NCBI GenBank assembly: GCA_046482545.1
Contig: JAWOEX010000019.1
Span: 1 to 64,000, forward strand
Length of the DNA stretch: 64,000 nt
Direction: 5' to 3'
From: Candidatus Thorarchaeota archaeon
GTDB taxonomy: Archaea; Asgardarchaeota; Thorarchaeia; Thorarchaeales; Thorarchaeaceae
This document shows, piece by piece, positions 29,213 to 37,716 of this stretch (position 1 is its first letter; the number at the start of each line of letters is the position of its first letter). The notes beneath the pieces were generated by a model. The model was not told where the DNA came from, did not search any database, and worked only from the letters and a program-made list of their open reading frames with translations. A program made the translations under genes and the position numbers.

Positions 29213-30340
29213 ATGTCAACAGGTCAGACCCTTCAAACCCAGATTCATGTTGACCCGGTCCAAGGTAAGAAAGATATCAGGCTTTTTACCCCGCCGGGCA
29301 TCCTTATCGAATCTCGTAGATATCCTACTGTTATAGCCAGCGTATTGGCATCATCATCCCCCTCCGAGCATATAGCTCTCTTTAATCATCCGGAGTCCTG
29401 GGAAGGACTCGACAAAACTACTATTCTCTCGATGAGGAGACGCTTGTATCGCTTGCAGATTCCCCTCAATGCCAGACGTATGGAACCATATGAAGCCGTG
29501 CACAAACTCCACCAGATAGCCCTGAGTGTCTCGCCTGTCGCAGTAGAGATAAGAAGTCAGGGCCTTCCTCATTCTAACTTAGTTACAAACCCGGGACAAC
29601 TACCATGTGGGACAGAAGTTCCTGCTGAATCACTTGAAATCATATCAAATACAGAAACCAGCAGAGTCGCAAAAACAATAACCGAGAAAGATATTCCCGC
29701 TGCACAGGGAGTTTGGCAACTACTTGAATACGACTATTCACTTGATCAAGCGGCACGTCTCATGGCGGTAGGTCTTCTCGGGAAGATTGGAAACCGAAGA
29801 ATCATCACAACCCGTGGGGCATACAAAGCGGCAATTGATGCTTTCATTGGCCGAACAATAATTGAGCTAGCTGAAAGACCGTTGGCAAATAGAAGAACAG
29901 TATTCTCTGCCAACTTGTTCAACGACGATTTCACTGTGTTCCTACAGCCAGGTGAGCCAGCAGTTGACTACGTGAGAATGGATATCAGGCCATCGGGCAC
30001 AAGTCAAGGATATTCATTTGAGCGAGAAAATGGTTCCGCTTCTGATGCCAAGTCCTCACTTTACGCTGACCATGCCCGATACTCAGCTTACAGGCATCTC
30101 TTAGCAAATCAGCTGAAAGCACATATTACGATTTTTCACTGCTCCAAAACACCTAGGAATAATCTTCTGGGTCCATGGATTGCTAGAGCTGGTGTGGAGA
30201 AAGCGCTTTCATCAGGACCCAGACGTGTAGGTACGGGTCAATCGGATTCAGATCTTCTCAACGGAATCCTTTCACCAAACTTGAAAAAATGGACTCACTC
30301 GCTTCCGTTCAAGAATAGGCAAGTTTTACAAAAATCCTAA
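29213..30340 (+). CDS. Divergent Nre-family (DUF650/651) DNA repair protein
   Basis: TPP.....YP, HPESW, QIALS..PV.VE, GLLG....R.IITTR follow Nre motif order; the stop codon is supplied by repeat copy B. Confidence 0.75.
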   Translation: MSTGQTLQTQIHVDPVQGKKDIRLFTPPGILIESRRYPTVIASVLASSSPSEHIALFNHPESWEGLDKTTILSMRRRLYRLQIPLNARRMEPYEAVHKLHQIALSVSPVAVEIRSQGLPHSNLVTNPGQLPCGTEVPAESLEIISNTETSRVAKTITEKDIPAAQGVWQLLEYDYSLDQAARLMAVGLLGKIGNRRIITTRGAYKAAIDAFIGRTIIELAERPLANRRTVFSANLFNDDFTVFLQPGEPAVDYVRMDIRPSGTSQGYSFERENGSASDAKSSLYADHARYSAYRHLLANQLKAHITIFHCSKTPRNNLLGPWIARAGVEKALSSGPRRVGTGQSDSDLLNGILSPNLKKWTHSLPFKNRQVLQKS

Positions 30341-30875
30341 AGAATCCGAGTGGAAGAGTGTAAACTATCTGTAAGAGTTCCTGTAAGTGCTACTGTGACC
30401 GAGGGCGATAGGACTTTATTAGGCCCAGTAAGAAATTTCGTTTCAGTAGGACTAGGCAAGTGGGCTAGTGGTGTAACACGACGCACGCGGCCGAAAGCTG
30501 CAAGGAAGACTCGTTCTTCTAAACAGAAGTCCCCACTCTCCAAACAAGGGGCCTCATCGAGCTCTGGAGAGTCCGCGGCTGTTCACCTTGTCCGTAATGG
30601 ACCTCCTCAGTTACGGCGACAAGGCTGAGGTGGGTGATCATGACCACGCCGTGGTAAGAACTGTGGAAGACCTCGCTGTCGCCGGGAGTGTGACCCGGAC
30701 AACGACAGGAGACAGAAGCCAGGACCGCAGGAGGAATTCCATTCCGATGAACGCGGACAAAGCCCCTGCTGACTCACGGAGCCACTGGGTAACCTTGGGG
30801 GCGGCGACGCTGGCAGGGGAAGGGTGGAACACAGAAGTTTCATGCAGTTCCTAGAACTGTAAGAAATGGGTTATA
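30324..30875 (+). mobile_element. Structured non-coding repeat element, copy B (long form, ~552 bp)
   Basis: Colinear with copy C over nearly its whole length; flanked by TCAAGAATAGGCAAG (30309-30323) and TCAAGAAAAGGAGG (30876-30889). Confidence 0.88.
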
Positions 30876-30908
30876 TCAAGAAAAGGAGGTAGTTGCCGAT
30901 TCCATGAG

Positions 30909-30935
30909 AGGGTGCTCATTGTGATTGAGCACCCT
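30909..30935. terminator. Hairpin between convergent genes
   Basis: AGGGTGCTCA-ttgtgat-TGAGCACCCT perfect 10-bp stem. Confidence 0.65.
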
Positions 30936-30983
30936 TTCTATGGCGCCTAAGTAGAAGAACAGCTATCAAATAGTGAAAAAGAA

Positions 30984-31568
30984 TCAATCAGTATCTTCTG
31001 CTTGCTCAGCGAAACTACGACATCTTTCCGCTTCTCTTTTCTCTCCTCGATTTTCATGGAGATTTGCGGCTATTCGATAGGACCTAGCAACCTCATCCCA
31101 TTTTTGCTTCGCATCAAAGCAGAGAGCTAGCGCTTTCCAAGTGCTGGGATCAGAAGAATCAGATTTCAGAGCTTCTTTGTAGGCCTTTATCGCACCATCG
31201 ATTTGCATCATGCTTTCGAGTGCCCCAGCTTTCTTCTTCCAGAGTAGAGCCGCATGACCATTATTTGATAGCCCTTCTTTGCTAGTCTTCAACGCATTTT
31301 CAAAATCACCAATGCTCAGATATGCTTCTGCTTTGTTTGCATGCGCATCTGGATTTTGAGGAGCTAGACCTATTGCCTTATCGAAGTCTCGGATAGCTTC
31401 ATCTTGCCTGCCAATCAGTATCTTTAGGCGCCCCATCTCATTTAGTGCTTGGATGTCTTCAGGATTGCTCTCGAGATGTTGCTCATAGGCTTCAATGGCC
31501 TTTCGATTTTCACCCCGATTCTTAAGCTCCCGAGCTTCCCTTAGATGGGCTTTAGGCTTCGTATTCAT
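30984..31568 (-). CDS. TPR repeat protein
   Basis: About 5 TPR units. Confidence 0.85.
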   Translation of the reverse strand: MNTKPKAHLREARELKNRGENRKAIEAYEQHLESNPEDIQALNEMGRLKILIGRQDEAIRDFDKAIGLAPQNPDAHANKAEAYLSIGDFENALKTSKEGLSNNGHAALLWKKKAGALESMMQIDGAIKAYKEALKSDSSDPSTWKALALCFDAKQKWDEVARSYRIAANLHENRGEKREAERCRSFAEQAEDTD

Positions 31569-31717
31569 AATGGTATTTCTCCATTTGGAGATTTAATGCT
31601 TATTCTTCCGTAATGGATTTCAAAAATCATCTTACGGACCAATCCAATATCACATTGATAACAAGTATTTTAACGGGCACGTAAACTAAAATTCACACCA
31701 ATAGAGAGGAGAATCTA

Positions 31718-32221
31718 ATGAGTTCAAAGCAAAATCCCCCTCAAGATAATAGTCAAATCGGGGATGACATCGAGTCCGAAGAGGAGAGAAATCACGATGA
31801 GTATGCTGGAATGGAGCCATCTTTCTTCAAAAATCCTTGGCCAAAAACGGTGCTTTTTGTAACATTGATTGGCCTTGGTATTGTTCTCCTGACACCAGTT
31901 GATGTGTGGTCAGTCTGGAATTACACCCTGCTGGGCACATACGGCTTGGTCATAATTGCCTCTGTTGGTACGATTATTGGCCTTCGAATATGGTTCACAA
32001 CAGAGGGGTCTCGACTGAAATACGGTGGTATTGCAAATGCCATAGTTGTTATCATATGCGCTGTGGTGGGAACTCTAGATACTGCTTTCTGGGTGACCCT
32101 TGGCAGATCTTTCATCCCTCAGGTTTCAGATAGTCCCTTTCTATCATTTCTGCTAGTCATTCAGGTCTTTTGCCTATATAGCATCTGGCTGCTACGGCGT
32201 GTCATTCGTGGCGAAGATTAG
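31718..32221 (+). CDS. Hypothetical membrane protein
   Basis: Four TM segments; SD GAGGAG. Confidence 0.75.
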   Translation: MSSKQNPPQDNSQIGDDIESEEERNHDEYAGMEPSFFKNPWPKTVLFVTLIGLGIVLLTPVDVWSVWNYTLLGTYGLVIIASVGTIIGLRIWFTTEGSRLKYGGIANAIVVIICAVVGTLDTAFWVTLGRSFIPQVSDSPFLSFLLVIQVFCLYSIWLLRRVIRGED

Positions 32222-32229
32222 GCTTCTAG

Positions 32230-32610
32230 GTGCTCTGTTTGCCTCAGAATGAGCCAACCCTGAGCGAAATCCTCAATATAATACGTGAATTTGTAAGAGA
32301 ACGCGATTGGGAACAGTTTCACCAGCCACGTTCTCTTGCTATCTCAGCAGCTGTTGAGATGGGCGAGCTTCTGGAGCTGTTCCAGTGGCTCAGCAATGAG
32401 GAAGTAGAACAAGCTCTCAGTGAGGACAACTATCGGATAAAGATATCACATGAAATTGCCGATGCCATGATTTATCTCCTGCGGTTAGCTGATGTTGCCT
32501 CAATCGATCCGTCAAATGCTATTATCTCCAAAATGGCAGTTAACCGAGAGAAATATCCTTCCAACGAGGTAGAGGGAAGGCGGCCTAAAGATCCGCGTCA
32601 TAAGCAGTGA
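32230..32610 (+). CDS. MazG-like nucleotide pyrophosphohydrolase (dCTP pyrophosphatase-like)
   Basis: ERDWEQFH.P, E.GELLELFQW, EIAD, KM..N..KYP. Confidence 0.88.
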   Translation: MLCLPQNEPTLSEILNIIREFVRERDWEQFHQPRSLAISAAVEMGELLELFQWLSNEEVEQALSEDNYRIKISHEIADAMIYLLRLADVASIDPSNAIISKMAVNREKYPSNEVEGRRPKDPRHKQ

Positions 32611-33409
32611 CTCTTGAATACAGGCTAGGTTTTCTGTCCTTAAGCACATGATTTCGGTCGGTAATCATTTTGTTATCAGCTTCAGTTGGATTTATGTCAA
32701 TGAAAGCAACGCCTGTTTCCTTTTCTTCAAGAGACACAAGGACTTCTCCCTTGGGAGTGGTGATTTGTGATTGCCCTGAAAAAGACACCCCTCGCTCTTC
32801 ACCGACACGATTTGCTGTTGCTGTAAAGACCCTATTCTCAATAGAACGCGTAATCATCGCCTTCTGACAAAATGGAAGCACCAAGTTAGCAGGGTGCAGA
32901 ATGACCTGTGCATTCTTGAGTGCGAGTATCCTTGCAACCTCAGGGAATGCCCAGTCGAAGCAAATCATCATTCCATATCTGAAATCAAGATGATTGATAA
33001 CAGGTGGTTCTTTGGCCCCTGCGGAGAAAATATCCAGTTCATTATCGAACAGGTGGATTTTTCTATACTTTCCGATCATTTTACCATTTCCAAAGCCTAC
33101 AGCAGAATTGTAGAGGTCGTCACCATCTCGTTCACAAATACCGCATACTATCAGCCTATCTTTTCTGGACCACTCGCGAAGTATCTGCGAGGTCTCACCT
33201 CCGGGTATTTCTTCGCTACTTACCATTGCCTCTTGCCTATCATTGAATACGTAACCGGAGTTTGCCAGTTCAGGAAGAACCAAGATGTCTATGTTGACCG
33301 AGGCAGATGCATCCAGCGTCTTCTCGATTTTTTTCAGATTGGCCGTGGTTTTTGGTACAACTGGTTGAATTTGCCCAACACCTAGTCTGATACCATTTGT
33401 CTCTTTCAT
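32585..33409 (-). CDS. Carbon-nitrogen hydrolase (nitrilase family)
   Basis: LPEL..SGY, YRKIHLF, ICFDW.FPE catalytic triad. Confidence 0.92.
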   Translation of the reverse strand: MKETNGIRLGVGQIQPVVPKTTANLKKIEKTLDASASVNIDILVLPELANSGYVFNDRQEAMVSSEEIPGGETSQILREWSRKDRLIVCGICERDGDDLYNSAVGFGNGKMIGKYRKIHLFDNELDIFSAGAKEPPVINHLDFRYGMMICFDWAFPEVARILALKNAQVILHPANLVLPFCQKAMITRSIENRVFTATANRVGEERGVSFSGQSQITTPKGEVLVSLEEKETGVAFIDINPTEADNKMITDRNHVLKDRKPSLYSRVTAYDADL

Positions 33410-33540
33410 CGGAATTCGTCTCTCAGTAAGGGTATGCTATCTATGATACTGAGAGATTTCTTTCTTTTGTACTATTCGAGGGATGTATAGAAAAGACCAT
33501 ATCTGTCCGTTTCAAACATTCAATCAAGGGTGATTCTGAA

Positions 33541-33675
33541 ATGTCGGAATCAGAAGAGTCCAATCCCAAAAAAACAAAATCCAAACCTGTGGTTGACGAG
33601 ACTTGGGATGATGTTGAGCTTCCTGAAGAGTATTGGGATGATGAGTTCGAAGAAGATGAGTTTGAAGCGTGGTGA
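33541..33675 (+). CDS. Candidate 44-aa acidic Trp-rich microprotein
   Basis: MSESEESNPKKTKSKPVVDETWDDVELPEEYWDDEFEEDEFEAW*; SD-like GGGTGA upstream; below the ORF-track cutoff. Confidence 0.6.
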   Translation: MSESEESNPKKTKSKPVVDETWDDVELPEEYWDDEFEEDEFEAW

Positions 33676-33750
33676 AATCTATCATTCAATTCATGTGGCG
33701 TTCTACAAATGAATCTTCAAGTGCACCCAGTTTGTTAGTTGCAGGTCTTT

Positions 33751-34584
33751 CTACCTGCTAGATTTGATATACTTCTTTACTCTGAGAAGCTTGTTGTAGC
33801 TGCTGTGGATTTCCTTCTTGGCATCTACTCCCCACATTCTGTGAAGGAGAGCATACTTCGTGCGCATCCGCTTTATCTGGTTTCGGAGGCCCGAATAGGT
33901 TGATTTCAAGCTCTCTATCTTGGTCCCAGAATTTTTGGAACGCTCACTTAACCGAGCGATTCTCTTGTTGAGTCTTTTCAGTTCAGCTCTTGATGCAGAA
34001 GCAATCAGCCTTTCAAGCACATCATTGCTCTTTGTCCCCAATGGTCGAAGTCTTGCCCAACGTGAAACGGGAACCCCTGCCTTGCTTATGCTCTCTGAGG
34101 TTCTCTTTGCATCTAGCAACCCAGTTTTGTTGCCCTCGGAATAGAAACGCTTGTGTTCTCGCTTTCGCAGGTGGGGAAATAGAAGTACACCTCTTTGGAT
34201 TTTGAGCCCACCGGATTTCTCACAGAGTCTTTGAACCCTCTTTCTTTGTTGCACAGTTGATTTGGGGAGTGAGTAAGCCACGATTTTGTATGCTCGAAAT
34301 TCCCCCTCTGAATCGTCATCGTTCTCCTTTGGTATTTGACGAGCCCCCGTCAAGATAATATGAGAAATGTCTGCTAGCAGATCCCTGAGTCTCCTTGGAC
34401 TGCCACGTACAACATAGACTCCAGTTACCTGTTTCTTGAGGGCAAAGTTGGATTTCAGAAATTTCCCTATCTTTTTGTGATGTTCTTCTCGTTTCGGTAA
34501 AAGAAGGAGATAGCGTTTTCTCTTATGTTTGACCTTAGTGCCTTCGTCGCCCTCATCACTCATATTCAAATCGTGTACTGTCAC
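33751..34584 (-). CDS. Very basic protein with PaaX-central/ChrB-N (Cas2-like fold) motif and C-terminal coiled coil
   Basis: IVAYSLP....QRKRVQRL....GGLKIQRGVLLFP resembles the PaaX/ChrB pattern; K/R-rich. Confidence 0.55.
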   Translation of the reverse strand: MTVHDLNMSDEGDEGTKVKHKRKRYLLLLPKREEHHKKIGKFLKSNFALKKQVTGVYVVRGSPRRLRDLLADISHIILTGARQIPKENDDDSEGEFRAYKIVAYSLPKSTVQQRKRVQRLCEKSGGLKIQRGVLLFPHLRKREHKRFYSEGNKTGLLDAKRTSESISKAGVPVSRWARLRPLGTKSNDVLERLIASASRAELKRLNKRIARLSERSKNSGTKIESLKSTYSGLRNQIKRMRTKYALLHRMWGVDAKKEIHSSYNKLLRVKKYIKSSR

Positions 34585-34866
34585 GGCATATCCTCCTACC
34601 AGTTAGTGTTTAAACAGTTTCTCTTGGATATCTTTCTTCACGGTGTCAGTAGTGACAATTATGGGTCTTTCTCATATTCCTTTTTCTGGGTTATAATCGG
34701 CTTCTATGTTCTTCAGAGGCGATATCGACGTGGATAAACCCTTTTTTCCTTTGTTTTTCGAATTCTTATCCGTATTCTATTTTTACTGCACTCATAAAGT
34801 AGTTGGTCGCCGACCGTAAGCTTAACTCAATTATTGGACAGCAACTTCCTAGGTGAAACATCGTTG

Positions 34867-34962
34867 ATGCGTTTCGATGAAGATTGGGACGAAGACGAAG
34901 ACTGGGACGAAGACGACGATTGGGACGAAGACGAAGACTGGGACGAAGACGACGATTGGTAA
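34867..34962 (+). CDS. Candidate 31-aa hyperacidic (DWDEDE)n microprotein
   Basis: MRFDEDWDEDEDWDEDDDWDEDEDWDEDDDW*; SD AGGTGA at 34851-34856. Confidence 0.6.
   Translation: MRFDEDWDEDEDWDEDDDWDEDEDWDEDDDW
34882..34959 (+). repeat. 18-bp tandem repeat (perfect 36-bp higher-order duplication)
   Basis: GA(T/C)TGGGACGAAGACGA(A/C) x4 plus partial unit. Confidence 0.95.
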
Positions 34963-35058
34963 ACATCTCCCAGTAATGAATCTAAGTCTCGCGTCCAAGT
35001 GAGATATTGAAAAATGATTGTGAGCCTTGATTTTTTGGCTCACAATCCTCTGTTGTCT

Positions 35059-35919
35059 TTAGAATAGAGCATTAGACATCGCAGTCTGACAGTCACAACT
35101 AGCCTCTTCAGGGATCCTCGGTATCAATTCGTAGGTGAGTTTCCTGACTCGCTCAATGTTGTCAGACATCGTCTTGAGGACTTGCTCATGTGTTACATGA
35201 CTCTCCCCGTAGACATCTTTGTCAGTGGGCATAGCAATGGACACAAAACAGATTCCAGCTTCCCGTGCCAGCGATGTCTCCGGATAGGCAGTCATACCAA
35301 CAACATCAAAGCCTTGTTTGTGATAGAAAATCGATTCTGCGTAGGTTGAAAATCTTGGCCCATTGATGCAGACATAGGTTCCCTCTTCGTGCACCTTGTA
35401 GTCCAGGTGCTTGGCCGTCTCAATAGTCAACTCGCGCATTTCTGGACAGTATGGATTTCCGAATGGCAGGTGGGCAATGGTTCCTCCATCGAAGAAGGTG
35501 TCTTTTCTTTGACCGAACGTTCTGTCGAAAATCTGGTCTGCTATTACAAATTCGCCCAGATCGATTTTTTCGGGTTGTAGGCTACCGCATGCACAGGGGC
35601 TTATGATTCTCTTCACACCGAGGCTCTTCATTCCCCATACATTGGCTCGATAGTTTATCTTATGCGGTGGTAAATGGTGATTTCTTCCATGCCTTGCCAA
35701 GAATGCAAGACCTTTACCCTTTACCTCACCAACAATGAAATTGTCAGAAGGGGAACCATAGGGGGTGAAAACCTTGACTTCAATCGGGTTTTCTATGACT
35801 GCGGGGTCATAATTCCCGCTACCACCAAAAAGCCCGATTTCAATGGGCATTAGATTTTCCAAATCTTCTCTCTTATCCGCGTCCACCGGAACAAGTGACG
35901 GTTCAACTTCGAAGGCCAT
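35059..35919 (-). CDS. mtnP: S-methyl-5'-thioadenosine phosphorylase
   Basis: GGSG, TPYG.PS, RHG.HH.PPH.INYRAN, GPRFST.AES, GMT..PE..LARE. Confidence 0.92.
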   Translation of the reverse strand: MAFEVEPSLVPVDADKREDLENLMPIEIGLFGGSGNYDPAVIENPIEVKVFTPYGSPSDNFIVGEVKGKGLAFLARHGRNHHLPPHKINYRANVWGMKSLGVKRIISPCACGSLQPEKIDLGEFVIADQIFDRTFGQRKDTFFDGGTIAHLPFGNPYCPEMRELTIETAKHLDYKVHEEGTYVCINGPRFSTYAESIFYHKQGFDVVGMTAYPETSLAREAGICFVSIAMPTDKDVYGESHVTHEQVLKTMSDNIERVRKLTYELIPRIPEEASCDCQTAMSNALF

Positions 35920-35982
35920 GTATAATCAACTCTTCTTTTCTATGACGGAAGCTCCGTTCATCCCATAAATAGATGACGAGTT

Positions 35983-36651
35983 TCATTCCTTGAGTCGCCA
36001 TCTCTTGTCCAATGGGTATTCGATGATGTCAAGATCTCCCATGTGCTGTTTGACTTTGGAAAGGCGTTCATCGGAGAGAACAATGTTGTTGTACTCACGC
36101 AGTTGCTTCTTGAGCTGTTGAGTGCTTAATTCGTCGGTTCCTTCTCCATCAAATATCTTTTTAACCAATGAAGTTAAATCCTCAAAGAAGTTCCATGGAA
36201 AAATTTCCCAGGCCCAATTAATGGAAATTCCGTAAAAATCAGGCTCGAATTCTGAACCCTGGATATGCATGAGGGTTGCAGATTTGACGTCCTTAGCGTT
36301 GCCTTCTTCCTTGACGTGATTGACAGCCAATGTAAGGCTTTGCCCTGTATCAGTAATATCATCTACTACTAGAACTTGCTTGCCTTCGAGATCAACTTTT
36401 ATTGGACAGGTTAGCTTGGCCTCGCCGTCCTTCGTGGCTGTAACTCCCCAATGATCGATTTTGACGCTGTAGAGTTCCTTCACTGCCAAGAAATCGCACT
36501 GTAACCTAGCGTGGACCCATCCCCCTCGTGCAACACCGACAACCGCATCTGGCCGCCATCCCGATTTCTTGATTTTTTGGCTTGTCTGATATGCGTATTG
36601 ATATATATCATCAAAGTCAAGCAGATAGCAGAGTGGTCCTTTTAATTTCAT
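35983..36651 (-). CDS. Purine phosphoribosyltransferase (type I PRTase)
   Basis: VGVARGG, VLVVDDITDTGQSL, W..FPW. Confidence 0.9.
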   Translation of the reverse strand: MKLKGPLCYLLDFDDIYQYAYQTSQKIKKSGWRPDAVVGVARGGWVHARLQCDFLAVKELYSVKIDHWGVTATKDGEAKLTCPIKVDLEGKQVLVVDDITDTGQSLTLAVNHVKEEGNAKDVKSATLMHIQGSEFEPDFYGISINWAWEIFPWNFFEDLTSLVKKIFDGEGTDELSTQQLKKQLREYNNIVLSDERLSKVKQHMGDLDIIEYPLDKRWRLKE

Positions 36652-36756
36652 TATGGATTACCGGGTATGGAATCACTAGCTGTCAGTTAAAAGCTTGATG
36701 TCCGCTCCATAACAGTATTGTGAAAGACTTGGGGAAATAATCCAAGTCTAGTATCC

Positions 36757-37665
36757 TTACTTGAGTTGCATTTCAAGTGTGTCGACATGACCCGGCATAT
36801 ATGAAATATGGACCCTCACCACATCCCCCTCAGAGACGCGTTTTGCAGTATCGAATGAAAGGAAAAGATGTCTCCACCCGTCATCCATGTGTAGAGTGAC
36901 TTCCTCATCGACTGCGACCTCAAAATACCCCACTACCCCTGTTAGGGGGTCATCATCTTGGATGCGGAACTCGAGTATCTTGTCAACCCGCTCAGGAGGA
37001 TCTTGTCTTGAGAAATCGAATTCAGCCAGGAGTTTGGGTTCGCTTAGTGGTGTAAATTTATCAGGTCCCACAGTCTGGGGAACTCTTGGAAAGCTAAGTT
37101 GATTCCATCTGAATCTCTCCAGCAAAGAAGGGCATGTTGCAGGGGCAATATAGACTCGAGCATTGTGTGGTAAAATCGTCCCTCCACTTCTCAACAAACT
37201 TGAAACAGCATGATAGCAGGCTGTCACTTGCTGTTCTACCAGAAGCATTGATGATAGCATCTCGCAGATAACCACATCAGCCTTCTGTTGTGGTTTGAAA
37301 CTGAGGTAGTGCGATTCTACGAATTCAACTCTTTCCTCTAACCCATTGATCCTCGCTGCTTCTTTGGCGTAAGCAATAGAATCGGGGTTGATTTCCACAC
37401 CTGTTACTTTCTTTGCTCCAGCTTTGGCCGCGATAAGTGAAAATAGCCCTGAACCCGATCCTAGTTCAACAACATAATCACCGTCAGCAACATGGGTTTT
37501 GATTGCACAAGCAAACTTGTTTATCCTTGCTTTTTGGGCTAGCAGGCTCGCAGCATGAAGTTTTTCAAACGGGGTAGCATACTCAAGGGGGGACATAAGA
37601 TTCAAGCTGCCATAAACTAATCTCTTTATAATCCGATTGAACATTACACTTACAAGAAAAACCAT
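36757..37665 (-). CDS. SAM-dependent methyltransferase, PRMT-like architecture
   Basis: VVELGSGSG, ADVVICEM......E double-Glu loop, beta-barrel-like C-terminus; likely start 37596. Confidence 0.8.
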   Translation of the reverse strand: MVFLVSVMFNRIIKRLVYGSLNLMSPLEYATPFEKLHAASLLAQKARINKFACAIKTHVADGDYVVELGSGSGLFSLIAAKAGAKKVTGVEINPDSIAYAKEAARINGLEERVEFVESHYLSFKPQQKADVVICEMLSSMLLVEQQVTACYHAVSSLLRSGGTILPHNARVYIAPATCPSLLERFRWNQLSFPRVPQTVGPDKFTPLSEPKLLAEFDFSRQDPPERVDKILEFRIQDDDPLTGVVGYFEVAVDEEVTLHMDDGWRHLFLSFDTAKRVSEGDVVRVHISYMPGHVDTLEMQLK

Positions 37666-37716
37666 CTGGATTCTCAGCCAGCATGGGAACTAGCAATTAG
37701 CGGGGCATTAGAACAA

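Noticed and set aside
30440-30845. RNase P RNA (GAAGTCC, GAGGAATTCC, ACACAGAAG, AAG.GGGCTA resemble CR-I/CR-V pieces)
   Set aside because: The pieces are in the wrong order for the P4 pseudoknot, some are absent from copy A, and three dispersed copies with one inside a gene do not fit.
30350-30854. Short ORFs inside the repeat copies (30350-30628, 30588-30854, 14850-15047, 49112-49333, 49143-49328)
   Set aside because: Starts, stops and frames are not conserved among copies and indels are not multiples of three. Shared peptide snippets simply reflect DNA homology.
34882-34959. CRISPR array
   Set aside because: Head-to-tail tandem repeat without spacers, and no cas genes.
34766-35043. Minus-strand repeat ORFs (RRLRPSL.., VFVPIV..)
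   Set aside because: Shadows of the tandem repeat. The plus-strand D/E/W frame has the SD and the codon-position-3 variation.
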